A stretch of 64,000 bases of DNA from Patescibacteria group bacterium (GCA_024654525.1 JANLHI010000031.1:18774-82773), one strand, 5' to 3'; shown: positions 44,323 to 54,656, numbered from the stretch's first letter. Numbers and translations: made by a program. Notes: generated from the letters alone by a model not told the origin.

Positions 44323-46218
44323 ATGACTTCCAGCGAAATTCGGCAAAAGTTTTTGGAGTTTTTTGCGTCGCGCGGGCATGCGATTATTCCTTCGGCGTCG
44401 CTGATACCCGAGAATGACCCCACTACGCTTTTTACGGGAAGCGGGATGCAGCCGATGGTGCCGTATCTTTTGGGTGCGAATCATCCTGAAGGAGTGCGGA
44501 TTGCGGACTCGCAAAAATCGTTTCGTACGGTTGATATTGATGAGGTGGGGGACAATCGCCATACCACGTTTTTCGAAATGCTTGGGAACTGGTCACTCGG
44601 TGATTATTTTAAAAGAGAGCAATTGCCGTGGGTGTTTGAATTTTTAACGAGCGAGATAGGACTTGACCCGAAACGGCTCTATGTAACCGCTTTTTTTGGT
44701 GATGAAAAAAACAACCTCCCGCGCGATACGGAATCGGCGGAGATATGGAAGCGGCTTTTTGAAGAAAAGGGCATTGATGCCGGAGTGGCGCTTATTGGTT
44801 CGGAAGATGATGGGTATATGTGTGGTATGAAGAACGGCGAGCGCATCTTTTTTTACAATGCGGAAAAGAATTGGTGGAGTCGTGCGGGGTTGCCGGAAAA
44901 TATGCCCGCAGGGGAGCCGGGAGGGCCGGACTCGGAGATTTTTTATGATTTCGGTTTAGAGCATAATCCGCAATTCGGTGAGCAATGCCACCCGAATTGC
45001 GACTGTGGAAGATTTTTGGAAATCGGGAACAGCGTGTTTATGGAATATGTAAAGAAATCGGATGGTTCGTTTGCCCCGCTTCCGAAAAAAAATGTGGATT
45101 TCGGCGGAGGACTGGAGCGTATTGCGATGGCGGCGGCGAATATTCCCGATATTATTGCGATCTGCCACCGCTCCATCCTTGATGCGCTTGAGGCAATGTC
45201 CGGAAAAAAATATGATGCCGGTTCTCCGAACGCGGCGGCGTTTCGAATTGTGGCGGACCACGTGAAAGCCACGGCATTTTTAATCGGTGACGGCGTATTA
45301 CCCTCAAACACCGAGCGTGGCTACTTTGTGCGTCGTCTCCTACGCCGGGCAATCCGGCACGCGGATACACTGGGTATAAAAGAGTCGGGATTCGCCACGC
45401 TTGTCGATGCGGCCCTTTTGCCGTACGCGACAGCGTATCCCGAGACATATAACGCGCGTGAAGCCATAAAGAAAGAAGTGACAAAAGAGGAGGAAAAATT
45501 TCGAAAGACGTTGAAAGAAGGTCTTCGTGAATTCGAAAAGATTTCGAAGAACGGAGTTGTTTCGGGGAAAGATGCTTTTATACTCTTTTCGACATACGGA
45601 TTTCCGTTTGAGGTTACGCTCGAGTTGACGAAGGAGAGAAAAATCGCAGTGAAAGAAGATGAGTTTAAAGTGGAGATGAAAAAACATCAAAACCTTTCTC
45701 GTACATCGTCCGCGGGAACGTTCAAGGGCGGTCTCGCCGATTCATCCGAGAAGACAATTCGGTTGCATACTGCGCATCACTTGTTACTTAAGGCATTGCA
45801 GATTGTGTTGGGTGATGGCGTGAAACAGCGGGGGAGTAATATTACACAAGAACGATTGCGTATGGATTTTACGTACGAGGGTAAAATGACCGACGTACAG
45901 AAGAAAGAAGTGGAGCGAATTGTGAATGAAAAGATTGCGGAGGATTTGCCGGTGATTCGGAGTGAGATGGTGCTTGAAGATGCGGAGAAGCTTCATGCAG
46001 AACATGAGTTTGGAGCAAAATATCCTTCTCGTGTGTCGGTGTATTCGGTTGGTCCAAAGTCAGCTACGCTTGAAAATCCGCAGTTTGACAAGGCATTTTC
46101 GATAGAATTTTGCGGAGGTCCTCATGTGATGCATACCGGAGAGATTGGGGAATTCACCATTAAAAAAGAGGAGGCGGTGGCCGCTGGAATAAGAAGAATT
46201 CGCGGAGTGATTGAGTAG
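44323..46218 (+). CDS. alaS: Alanyl-tRNA synthetase (no C-Ala domain)
   Basis: HTTFFEMLGNWS, DFGGGLER, HTAHH, FCGGPH. Confidence 0.98.
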   Translation: MTSSEIRQKFLEFFASRGHAIIPSASLIPENDPTTLFTGSGMQPMVPYLLGANHPEGVRIADSQKSFRTVDIDEVGDNRHTTFFEMLGNWSLGDYFKREQLPWVFEFLTSEIGLDPKRLYVTAFFGDEKNNLPRDTESAEIWKRLFEEKGIDAGVALIGSEDDGYMCGMKNGERIFFYNAEKNWWSRAGLPENMPAGEPGGPDSEIFYDFGLEHNPQFGEQCHPNCDCGRFLEIGNSVFMEYVKKSDGSFAPLPKKNVDFGGGLERIAMAAANIPDIIAICHRSILDALEAMSGKKYDAGSPNAAAFRIVADHVKATAFLIGDGVLPSNTERGYFVRRLLRRAIRHADTLGIKESGFATLVDAALLPYATAYPETYNAREAIKKEVTKEEEKFRKTLKEGLREFEKISKNGVVSGKDAFILFSTYGFPFEVTLELTKERKIAVKEDEFKVEMKKHQNLSRTSSAGTFKGGLADSSEKTIRLHTAHHLLLKALQIVLGDGVKQRGSNITQERLRMDFTYEGKMTDVQKKEVERIVNEKIAEDLPVIRSEMVLEDAEKLHAEHEFGAKYPSRVSVYSVGPKSATLENPQFDKAFSIEFCGGPHVMHTGEIGEFTIKKEEAVAAGIRRIRGVIE

Positions 46219-46373
46219 GCGTATTGTTAAAGAGAGATGTCGGGAAGACGACAATGGAGTTTTGTGTCTTATACACAGTTTTTTGTTGTTTCTTTCATAG
46301 CGGTTTAGCCTTACAATATACATAGGAAGGATTTTCTATTTTGCACAGGTATGGTGTGTACACTTTATTACGA

Positions 46374-48041
46374 ATGAAAAAAATTATTGTTGAAAAAAAT
46401 GAAGTTACATCGGCGGTTGCTCACCGTCTTTTATCCACTCTTGATCGAGAGGTCACATTGGTGATACCCAAACAGTCGCGCATAGGTAGTTCTCTCAACA
46501 ATTTCCATCTCTTATTAAGAGAAGCGGAAACCGCGGAGAAAAAACTTACGATTGAGTCAGTGGATGATGAAGTGCTCGCACTTGCAAAATCCGCGGGTAT
46601 TGTGGCGGTGCATCCATTTTTGGGACACAAACATGCATTGCAGGATATTGTTCCCCGCAATACGGAAGATGATGATGGGGATTTTGTAGAGGAAGAGTCC
46701 TTAAAGAAAAAGAAGGTAAAAGTTTCTTCGCGCGGAAGTGTGCATGTGAGGCGTATTTCGAAAGGACGCGGGAAAGAGGATATTATCCCGGAAGAAAAGA
46801 ATACCTATGAAGAGTCGGAAGAGAATGAGAGTGAAGAAGTGAAACAGGAGGAATCTTATTCTCGCAATGAGCGTCCTCCCCGAGCATGGAATATCAAGGC
46901 GATTGCGTGGGTATCGGGAATTGGCGTGGCGGTTGTGTTGTTGGGGTATGGTGGTATATGGGTGACGGGATCGTTTTTTGGAAGCGCGACGGTGATGGTG
47001 AGGTTTGATCAGACACCTTGGAATTATAACGGCACTATTATTGCGGATGCGTCAGTATCCAAAATGGATTCCACGAAGCAAGTTCTTCCGGCGGAGATTT
47101 TTAGCATAGACAGGAATGTTACGCAGTTATTTATTGCTACAGGAAGCAAGGATGTTAAAGATTTTGCGGAGGGAAAACTTACGATCTATAACGCGTACAG
47201 CTCAAGTCCTCAAATTCTTGTGGCGACTACGCGATTTGCAACTCAAGATGGAAAAATATTCCGACTCGTGGAACGTACCGAGGTTCCCGGTGCCGTGGTG
47301 CGAGGCGGTATTATTACTCCCGCGAGTATTACGGTAAACGTGGTGGCGGATCAGCCGGGTGAGAGTTATAATGTGAGTCCTACTTCAAAACTTACCATTC
47401 CCGCATTTAAGGGAACTCCGCGGTACGAAGGTTTTTACGGAGAACTTCCCGAAGGGGCGAAAGGGGGATTTGTGGGATTGAAAAAAGTTCCTACTGTTGC
47501 GGATGTCGCTTCCGCGAAAACGAAAACCTCGGAAATACTTAGAGCGAGTCTCGAGAGTTTGTTTGCTACGACGATACCCCAGGGATTTATGGTTCCGAGC
47601 GGGAGTAATTCGTTTACGGTGAAAAAACTTACGGTAAATGAGAAGACGGATACAAACGGTCAGTTCACGGTGTTCGGAGAGGCTACGTTGTCGGCGGCGG
47701 GGTTTCGTAGCGCCGATTTAGAAGCATTATTGCTTGGATATGCGCGCGAAAATAAGAAAGATTTTCTTGTGGTATTCAAATCGTTTTCACCCCAGTTTAG
47801 CGATGTCTCATTTAGTAGCGAGAACCGTCGAGTTACATTCACTGTAGATACCACCACGGTACTCACACCCCCGTTTTCTCCAGAAGAGTTTCGCGCTTCA
47901 ATTCTGGGTCTCGATGTGACGCGCGCACAATCGTCGGTGTCTCGTATCCCTGGGTTGAAAGAGGGTAAACTTTCTCTGTGGCCATTTTGGCTCCACCAAG
48001 TTCCTGCTGACGCCACAAAGATTATTATTAATATAGAATAG
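46374..48041 (+). CDS. Membrane-anchored hypothetical protein (baseplate J-like beta domain suspected)
   Basis: Charged linker, TM, AEGKLTIYN...TRF...V.ADQPGESYN, WPFW terminus. Confidence 0.7.
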   Translation: MKKIIVEKNEVTSAVAHRLLSTLDREVTLVIPKQSRIGSSLNNFHLLLREAETAEKKLTIESVDDEVLALAKSAGIVAVHPFLGHKHALQDIVPRNTEDDDGDFVEEESLKKKKVKVSSRGSVHVRRISKGRGKEDIIPEEKNTYEESEENESEEVKQEESYSRNERPPRAWNIKAIAWVSGIGVAVVLLGYGGIWVTGSFFGSATVMVRFDQTPWNYNGTIIADASVSKMDSTKQVLPAEIFSIDRNVTQLFIATGSKDVKDFAEGKLTIYNAYSSSPQILVATTRFATQDGKIFRLVERTEVPGAVVRGGIITPASITVNVVADQPGESYNVSPTSKLTIPAFKGTPRYEGFYGELPEGAKGGFVGLKKVPTVADVASAKTKTSEILRASLESLFATTIPQGFMVPSGSNSFTVKKLTVNEKTDTNGQFTVFGEATLSAAGFRSADLEALLLGYARENKKDFLVVFKSFSPQFSDVSFSSENRRVTFTVDTTTVLTPPFSPEEFRASILGLDVTRAQSSVSRIPGLKEGKLSLWPFWLHQVPADATKIIINIE

Positions 48042-48079
48042 GGTGATTTCCCCTTATTTCTTGCGGAAAATACCGCATT

Positions 48080-48108
48080 TTGACTTCTCTTGCATTCTCC
48101 TTTATAAT
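48080..48108 (+). promoter_or_regulatory. sigma70 promoter of the infA-alpha operon
   Basis: TTGACT-17nt-TATAAT. Confidence 0.75.
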
Positions 48109-48165
48109 ACCCTACAATATTCGGTGCTGCGCAAGCGGCCTTTTTCTTCTTAATAATATTACGCG

Positions 48166-48420
48166 ATGGATATGCAAGCGATTGAAGGAATAGTGAAGGA
48201 GGCGTTGCCTGGCCTTACATTCCGTGTGGCACTCAAACGCGCGAAGGCGAGCGAGGATGTTTCGCACGTGGCGACATCATCTCCGGTAAGCTCAAAGGAC
48301 ATACTGGCCCATCTTGCGGGAAAGATGAAGTTGCATCGTATCCGAGTATTACCGGGAGACAAAGTTCTTATAGAAGTCGGCCCCGATGGGAGGAGGGGGA
48401 GAATAGTGAGAAGGTTGTAG
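48166..48420 (+). CDS. infA: Translation initiation factor IF-1 with an insertion
   Basis: [31 protein letters not shown]. Confidence 0.93.
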   Translation: MDMQAIEGIVKEALPGLTFRVALKRAKASEDVSHVATSSPVSSKDILAHLAGKMKLHRIRVLPGDKVLIEVGPDGRRGRIVRRL

Positions 48421-48437
48421 GGTATATAACTATCAAA

Positions 48438-48551
48438 ATGAAAGTACGAAGTTCGGTTAAAAAAATATGTAAGAGTTGTAAAAACGTGAAACGTCGCGGT
48501 GTTATTCATGTGGTGTGTAAAAATCCGAAACATAAACAAAGACAAGGATAA
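48438..48551 (+). CDS. rpmJ: 50S ribosomal protein L36 (not in the ORF track)
   Basis: [37 protein letters not shown]. Confidence 0.97.
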   Translation: MKVRSSVKKICKSCKNVKRRGVIHVVCKNPKHKQRQG

Positions 48552-48560
48552 TAATTATCT

Positions 48561-48944
48561 ATGCGTATCATTGGTGTAAATATTCCTGACAATAAGCGCA
48601 TTGAAGTCGCGCTCACGTATTTGTACGGCGTGGGACGTTTTGCAAGTCGTCGCATTCTTTCTGAAGTGGGCATCGATATCAATAAGCGGGCGAAGGATTT
48701 AACTCCTGAAGAAATAAACAAAATTCAATCTTTCGCGGAAAAGAATTATTCACTCGAAGGGGAATTGAGGCAGGTAATACGGCGCAATATCGAACGGCTT
48801 AAAAATATTAAGGTGTATCGTGGTACTCGCCACGCGCGTCGTCTTCCTGCGCGAGGTCAGCGCACCAAAACGAATTCGCGTACCGTACGTGGTAATGTGC
48901 GTAAAACGGCGGGAAGCGGTAAGAGAAAAGTAGCGTTGAAATAG
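48561..48944 (+). CDS. rpsM: 30S ribosomal protein S13
   Basis: ALTYLYGVG, RGQRTKTNSRT. Confidence 0.98.
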   Translation: MRIIGVNIPDNKRIEVALTYLYGVGRFASRRILSEVGIDINKRAKDLTPEEINKIQSFAEKNYSLEGELRQVIRRNIERLKNIKVYRGTRHARRLPARGQRTKTNSRTVRGNVRKTAGSGKRKVALK

Positions 48945-48955
48945 TCTATATTACT

Positions 48956-49417
48956 ATGGGACGAACAAAAATAACCACGCAGTCTGCCGATGAGGCGGCG
49001 AAAAAAGGAGTTGTGGTCGCTAAAAACGAAGGTGATGCGGGTGTGGCGAAAATCGAAAAGAAAGTAAAAGGAATTGAGCGCGGTCGCGTGTATATCAGTG
49101 CTTCATATAACAACACCACTATCACCGTGACCAATGCAGGGGGGGATGTTATCGCATGGGCATCTGCGGGATCTCTCGGATTTTCGGGACCGAAGAAAGC
49201 GACTCCGTTTGCGTCATCAAAGGTAATCGCGGCTTTAGGAGAAAAACTCCGGTCTGCATGGCCCTCGGCGATCGAGGTTATCGTGAAGGGTGTGGGAGGA
49301 GGAAGGGATTCGGCGGTGCGCTCTCTTATTAACCACGGTTGCAATATTGTTTCTATAAAGGATGTTACTCCGATTCCGCACAATGGTCCGCGTCCCAAAA
49401 AAGTTCGAAGAGTATAA
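48956..49417 (+). CDS. rpsK: 30S ribosomal protein S11
   Basis: SYNNT, DVTPIPHNG. Confidence 0.97.
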   Translation: MGRTKITTQSADEAAKKGVVVAKNEGDAGVAKIEKKVKGIERGRVYISASYNNTTITVTNAGGDVIAWASAGSLGFSGPKKATPFASSKVIAALGEKLRSAWPSAIEVIVKGVGGGRDSAVRSLINHGCNIVSIKDVTPIPHNGPRPKKVRRV

Positions 49418-49437
49418 CAAGGAAATTATTAATTATT

Positions 49438-50058
49438 ATGTTTGTTCCTAAAGAAAAAAGAGAACGTTCATTGGGTGAACATCTGCAACTCAAGGCGCAT
49501 CGTTGTGCGACTCCGAAGTGTGCGTTTGTACGAAAACCCCATCGTCCCGGAATGCACGGGCTTTCTCGCCGTTTTCCCAAAGCGCTTTCCGAATTCGGAT
49601 TACAGCTTCGTGAGAAGCAGAAGTTTAAAGTAAGCTATGGAATCGACGAGCGCGGGCTTCGCGTACTTTTTGAAGAGGCGCGACAGGCGCGGGGTTCGAC
49701 TGCGCAAAAGTTGATTGAACTTCTTGAACGTCGCCTTGATAACACATTGTTCCGACTTGGATTGGGGCAGTCGCGTGCGGCGAGCAGGCAGGCGGTGGTG
49801 CATGGACATGTGATGGTGAACGGGGTTATTACTCGGTCGCCGGGATTTGTGGTGAAGGTGGGGGATATCATCGCTATTAAGGAAGCGTCGCATTCCCGAG
49901 GGGCGTTTCTTCACGTAAAGGATCCACAGTGGAAATATGACGAACCCGCATGGCTCACTCTTGATAAATCGAAATTTGAGGGTCGCGTTGTTGCACTGCC
50001 GGTCGATGTAGAATCTCCGTTTGAGGTAAAATTAGTAGTCGAGGCGTTCAGTAAATAG
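49438..50058 (+). CDS. rpsD: 30S ribosomal protein S4
   Basis: PGMHG, QLREKQK, LERRLDN, RQAVVHGH. Confidence 0.97.
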   Translation: MFVPKEKRERSLGEHLQLKAHRCATPKCAFVRKPHRPGMHGLSRRFPKALSEFGLQLREKQKFKVSYGIDERGLRVLFEEARQARGSTAQKLIELLERRLDNTLFRLGLGQSRAASRQAVVHGHVMVNGVITRSPGFVVKVGDIIAIKEASHSRGAFLHVKDPQWKYDEPAWLTLDKSKFEGRVVALPVDVESPFEVKLVVEAFSK

Positions 50059-50165
50059 ACATCCAAGAGCTTTCTTGAAAAGATGACAGCTAGGGAAAGC
50101 TATGGTATAAGTTATCAATCAATAGTATCTAAAGGTTGCGAGGAATATTAAGAAGAATAATTTCT

Positions 50166-50960
50166 ATGACAAACGATGAATTACAATTGAGTTCGACAGT
50201 CGTGGCAAAGACCGTTTCCGAAGATGCGAAACGGGGTGTTTTTGAAATAGAGGGTTTGTTTGCGGGGTACGGGCTTACGGTGGGGAATGCGCTCCGCCGG
50301 ACGCTTCTTTCTTCGCTTAAGGGAGCTGCGATTACGGAGTTTAAAGTAAAGAATGCGCCTCATGAGTTTTCCACGCTTCCCGGTGTTAAAGAGGATCTTG
50401 TGGAGCTTTTATTGAATCTTAAGAGTCTTCGTTTTCGGATGCATACCGACGAGCCTCATGTGTTGTTGCTCAAAGTGAAAGGAGAAAAGGCGGTAACTGC
50501 TGGAGATATAAAAGCCGATGCGGAAGTGGAGTTGATGAACCCTGAAGAGGTAATTGCGCATCTTACTGCAAAGGATGCCGAGCTTGATATTGAATTGAAA
50601 GTGGAACGGGGTCTTGGATATTCTCCCGTTGAAGCGCGGAAAGCGGAAGGACGGTTGCCGATTGGTATGATTGCGGTTGATGCTATTTTTACTCCGGTGT
50701 TGCGCGTCAATTATACCGTGGACAATATGCGGGTGGGGGAACGCACCGATTATAATCGGTTACACCTTGAAATCGAGACCGACGGTTCCATAGCTCCCTC
50801 AAAGGCGCTTGCCGATGCAGTGGGGATTATGAAAGATCATTTTGAGAAGATCGGCAGTATTCTTACTCCTCAATCTTTCGAAACAACCGAAGTGGTAGAG
50901 GTAGCCGATGAGAAAGTCGTAAAAAAGAAATCGAAGAAGTCAAAAGAAGGAGAAGAATAA
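50166..50960 (+). CDS. rpoA: RNA polymerase alpha subunit (C-terminal domain apparently absent)
   Basis: GYGLTVGNALRR, HEFSTLPGVKED, DAIFTPV, ETDGS. Confidence 0.97.
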   Translation: MTNDELQLSSTVVAKTVSEDAKRGVFEIEGLFAGYGLTVGNALRRTLLSSLKGAAITEFKVKNAPHEFSTLPGVKEDLVELLLNLKSLRFRMHTDEPHVLLLKVKGEKAVTAGDIKADAEVELMNPEEVIAHLTAKDAELDIELKVERGLGYSPVEARKAEGRLPIGMIAVDAIFTPVLRVNYTVDNMRVGERTDYNRLHLEIETDGSIAPSKALADAVGIMKDHFEKIGSILTPQSFETTEVVEVADEKVVKKKSKKSKEGEE

Positions 50961-51021
50961 TGAGTATATACACTACGACGAAAGGCTGTCGTAGTTGTTG
51001 CTATAGGAAGCGTTTATCATC

Positions 51022-51375
51022 ATGCGTCATTTAAAGAAAGGGAAAAAATTTAATAGAATTCGCGGGCGACGTCAGTCGTTTCTTCGTAATCTCGCGAGCG
51101 ATCTTATTCGCTCCGGAAAAATAGAGACGACCGAAGCGCGCGCGAAGGCAATTCGCCCGATTGTGGAGCGCTTGGTGACTATCGCAAAAGCGGGAGATCT
51201 TGCATCGCGTCGTTTGCTTTTGCAACGCGTTCATAATAAACGTGTGGTTGAAAAATTATGCAGTGATTTTGGTGTAAAGTATCAAGAGCGAAAAGGGGGA
51301 TATTTGCGTATTATAAAATTAGGAAAATCACGCAAGCGTGACGGTGCGCCAACTGCGGTGATTGAATTTGTTTAA
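51022..51375 (+). CDS. rplQ: 50S ribosomal protein L17
   Basis: MRH, IETTEARAK, GGYLRIIK. Confidence 0.97.
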   Translation: MRHLKKGKKFNRIRGRRQSFLRNLASDLIRSGKIETTEARAKAIRPIVERLVTIAKAGDLASRRLLLQRVHNKRVVEKLCSDFGVKYQERKGGYLRIIKLGKSRKRDGAPTAVIEFV

Positions 51376-51396
51376 TCGCCAATTTTGATTATTGCC

Positions 51397-51738
51397 ATGG
51401 ATTACACAATTGATGCACATAATAAAAGATTGGGCCATCTCGCATCGAAGATTGCGGTTATTTTGCAGGGAAAAGATTCCGCAGCATACGAACCGAATAA
51501 AGTAGGGGATAATCGGGTATTACTTACGAATTACAAGGATATTTCTTTTTCTACGAAGAAGGCGATACAGAAGGTGTATTATCACCACACGGGATACATG
51601 GGACATTTAAGGAAAAAAACGCTTCAGCAAGAGTGGGATCGTGATCCAAAACATGTGGTGCGTGAAGCGGTGCGTAAAATGTTACCGAAGAATCTCTTGA
51701 GTCCCCGAAGGATCAAAAATCTCGTATTTGTCGATTAA
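51397..51738 (+). CDS. rplM: 50S ribosomal protein L13
   Basis: IDA...LGHLAS, HTGYMG, AVRKMLP. Confidence 0.95.
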   Translation: MDYTIDAHNKRLGHLASKIAVILQGKDSAAYEPNKVGDNRVLLTNYKDISFSTKKAIQKVYYHHTGYMGHLRKKTLQQEWDRDPKHVVREAVRKMLPKNLLSPRRIKNLVFVD

Positions 51739-51744
51739 TTATCT

Positions 51745-52173
51745 ATGACTGATCAGAAACAACAGAAAACCGGCGAGAGCGTCAAGGGGCGTTATGTGGA
51801 ATCCGTAGGGCGCAGAAAGACTGCTGTTGCCCGTATTCGTCTTATGAAAGGAAAGGGGAGTATTGTAGTGAATGAAAAGAAAGCGAACGATTATTTTCCG
51901 ATTGAACGTTTACAGGCGATTCTCCGGTCTCCTTTGAGTAAGCTGAACATTCAGGATCAAGTGGATGTGAGTGCAAAAGTTTTGGGAGGGGGAACTTCGG
52001 CTCAAGCGGAAGCGATACGGCATGGTATTGCTCGTGCGTTGGTGATGTATAATCCGGAGACAAAAATACAGCTTCATGCGTTTGGATTTCTTACTCGGGA
52101 TTCAAGAATGGTAGAGAGAAAGAAATATGGGTTGAAGAAAGCGCGAAGAGCTCCGCAGTGGGCAAAACGATAG
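51745..52173 (+). CDS. rpsI: 30S ribosomal protein S9
   Basis: GRRKTAVA, ERKKYGLKKAR, QWAKR. Confidence 0.98.
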   Translation: MTDQKQQKTGESVKGRYVESVGRRKTAVARIRLMKGKGSIVVNEKKANDYFPIERLQAILRSPLSKLNIQDQVDVSAKVLGGGTSAQAEAIRHGIARALVMYNPETKIQLHAFGFLTRDSRMVERKKYGLKKARRAPQWAKR

Positions 52174-52177
52174 TGAC

Positions 52178-52208
52178 AAAACTTCCGGCATGTGCCGGAA
52201 GTTTTTTT
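52178..52208. terminator. Bidirectional intrinsic terminator
   Basis: aaaacttccggca-tg-tgccggaagttttttt. Confidence 0.8.
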
Positions 52209-52245
52209 GTCCATTGTGGAGAGGATAGAGGTTAGGGAAGGAGTG

Positions 52246-53235
52246 TTATCGAGGGAATTGAAGTACGTGTGTAGCCCCTCCTTCTTCGTAATATAGGATA
52301 TTTTCCTCGGGTTCGTATGTTACTTGATCTGTTTTTGCGACAATGGGGATGTTTTCGAGATTAGAGTCGTCAAGTCCGAGAAACATTGTTTCTCCCGGAT
52401 AGACAATAAAAATATGCAAATTATCGCGATACCATACTATTTTCTTGATTTGCTTAACGCGAGGGAGATTAAAACGATGATATCCTTCGCGTTGGTGTAT
52501 GATGTCGAATATCTCGAGCGATCGGTTTTCCATCGCAGCAATTTTAGTACTTTCCGCATTCCATGAAAAATTTACCACGTCATCCGCAATTTTTTCGAGT
52601 ATTTGCGTGGTTGGATTATAGGTACTAAGAATACCGTTTGTCTCAAGAATAGTAAGAATATCCTTGTTGTTCCATGCGAGGTGCAGTGGCGTGCTTTCGG
52701 GAGATAATGTAAATGATGAAGTGGTGTGCGTGCCGGTTAAGGAGGAAATAGATATGGTCGAAGTAGTATTTGTCCCTTGCGCGCGCCAACGCGAGGAGCT
52801 TGCAACAAGAGTGGGAAAGGGAGATATTTCGTTGGAAATTAATTTTTTTGTAGATGAGGAGTCGTCGAGTATCGGTGTGGTTGGTACTAGCACTACATTT
52901 GACAGTTCTGTTACGAATGAAGGAGCTACCACCACATGACGACTCCAAAGGGAAAAACCGTTTTTTTCAAGCGTGAGGAGATATGTTTTTGGAAAAAGGT
53001 TATTAATAAAAGTTCCGTTTTGCAGGAGCCATGAAGTATTAGTGACGGATTCCCCATCAAGCGTTATGGTTATGTCGCGGGGTTGGCTTTTTATGAAGAT
53101 GCCGCCCACCTTACCGATACTCCATGGATTCGTGTTTACGCGCCATCCTTGCGCGTAGAGCACCGCTATGGTACCTATTATTGCGAATGCGGCGCAGAAT
53201 CCGTAAAACAGGAGTGTGCGAGTTCTAAATGTCAT
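52246..53235 (-). CDS. PEGA-domain membrane-anchored protein
   Basis: TM, YAQGWR, GGIFIKSQP, L.P..Y...LEKNGF..W. Confidence 0.75.
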   Translation of the reverse strand: MTFRTRTLLFYGFCAAFAIIGTIAVLYAQGWRVNTNPWSIGKVGGIFIKSQPRDITITLDGESVTNTSWLLQNGTFINNLFPKTYLLTLEKNGFSLWSRHVVVAPSFVTELSNVVLVPTTPILDDSSSTKKLISNEISPFPTLVASSSRWRAQGTNTTSTISISSLTGTHTTSSFTLSPESTPLHLAWNNKDILTILETNGILSTYNPTTQILEKIADDVVNFSWNAESTKIAAMENRSLEIFDIIHQREGYHRFNLPRVKQIKKIVWYRDNLHIFIVYPGETMFLGLDDSNLENIPIVAKTDQVTYEPEENILYYEEGGATHVLQFPR

Positions 53236-53487
53236 TATGTGTTATACGTTAAATATGGTGATGTTATACCACGAAAGCGAATAAGGATAAAATAGTTTTT
53301 TTCCTGTGGAGAGCGCAGGTTGCAAGAATTATGTCCGGGGGTACACTGAAAATAGATTTCGTTCGATACTGGATCAAATAATTTTATTTGGGAGACTGTG
53401 TCATGGGATATCCTTGGATATTTCTGCAGGTCACCCACTTGGTATAATGCTGGGTCTATCGGACGGGACTCAAAAGAATCCAAGCAT

Positions 53488-54216
53488 TCAGCTTGGTTTT
53501 TTTGTGTGTCGCGTCATATGGGCGCGTCGTCGGATAATTTCTTGTGCGGTGTGTTCCACATAGAGACGCTCGGGAAGGAGCTCTTCGGGAGCTCCCGTTC
53601 CTTCGAGTATAATGGGGACTGAAAAATCTTGTATAAGATTGATAATGGTGTCCTGCTTGGTTTGAAAAAGAGGCTCATGGAGTCCCGCAAATCCGCTCAA
53701 ATGAATTTCCGTAAGGCGCGAACCGAGCGCATCATAAAATTTTTTGCCGAGCGCGAGCGTGTCGTCGTTGGTATGCACGTGATTCAGGTCGAGTACGAAC
53801 TTGAATCGTGAATCATAATCCATGAGGCGTTGCATATCTTCGACGGTGCGGTGCGTCGCTTTCCGCCAGTCCATGTTTTCAAAAGCGACCGGGAAGGTGG
53901 CGTGGAGGAATATGGAGAGGTCCCGTACTGTGTCGGGGTGGAATACCACGCAGTCAAGTGGCCGGATGTCATGAATCTTCTCTATCCTTTGAAGCAATTC
54001 GCGCGAGGCGGGGTCGTTGGCGTAGGGGAATGTCGGTGCGTGAAAGCTTACATACTCGAAATCTTTGATGTCCGCATAGGTAAGCACAAGCGGGGCGTTT
54101 TCGTTTTTGTCCGAGAGTTCCACCGCGCGAAACCCCGCCTCGCGTACGAAGCGAAGCGCGTCGCGGGGATTGTGTGTTTTACAAATTCCGCCGATGGCGG
54201 TGCCAAGAGTAAGCAT
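53488..54216 (-). CDS. Xylose isomerase/AP-endonuclease-2-like TIM barrel protein
   Basis: SFHAP, VFHP, FENM, LDLNH, IHLS..H, IILE metal ligands. Confidence 0.75.
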   Translation of the reverse strand: MLTLGTAIGGICKTHNPRDALRFVREAGFRAVELSDKNENAPLVLTYADIKDFEYVSFHAPTFPYANDPASRELLQRIEKIHDIRPLDCVVFHPDTVRDLSIFLHATFPVAFENMDWRKATHRTVEDMQRLMDYDSRFKFVLDLNHVHTNDDTLALGKKFYDALGSRLTEIHLSGFAGLHEPLFQTKQDTIINLIQDFSVPIILEGTGAPEELLPERLYVEHTAQEIIRRRAHMTRHTKKPS

Positions 54217-54220
54217 TGTG

Positions 54221-54291
54221 TCGGGCCGCCGGGAATCGAACCCGGTCTAAACGCACCCCATGCGCTCGTACTGCCGGTATACTACGGCCCG
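54221..54291 (-). tRNA. tRNA-Pro(GGG)
   Basis: cgggccg acceptor stem; anticodon loop atGGGgt; ggttcgattcc. Confidence 0.93.
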
Positions 54292-54440
54292 CCGTTGCGC
54301 TCGCTGGAGAGAGCTATGGCGGGCAATGCCCGCTTAGTTCGCGAAGGCGAGTTCAGCGTTTCGATTCTACCACTGCTTAGACAAAAAAAGAAACCCCCAT
54401 AGGTGGGGGTGAGAGAGGGAGAAGTATCGCGATACTAGTC

Positions 54441-54656
54441 TTATTTCGATTTCGCAGTTTTTGGTTTCTTTGTGTGAACTTTGCGATGCATTGTTTTCAT
54501 ACATGCAACACATATTTTTTTCCGAACCCCATTCACTATTGCCCATTGGAGATTCGGATATTTTCGTTCTTGCCCTACGGGGTTATAATGCCCTCTCAAA
54601 AGGCGTCTTTTACCGCGAATCACAGATCCTTTGTTGCATTTTTCACACTGTCGCAT
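54441..54656 (-). CDS. rpmB: 50S ribosomal protein L28
   Basis: CEKC...R..YPNLQ...CVAC. Confidence 0.88.
   Translation of the reverse strand: MRQCEKCNKGSVIRGKRRLLRGHYNPVGQERKYPNLQWAIVNGVRKKICVACMKTMHRKVHTKKPKTAKSK

Noticed and set aside
46374..48041. Prophage suggested by the baseplate-like domain
   Set aside because: No other phage genes; a membrane-anchored protein in housekeeping context.
53236..53487. Possible ncRNA or small ORF in the intergenic gap
   Set aside because: No recognisable motif or convincing structure by eye.
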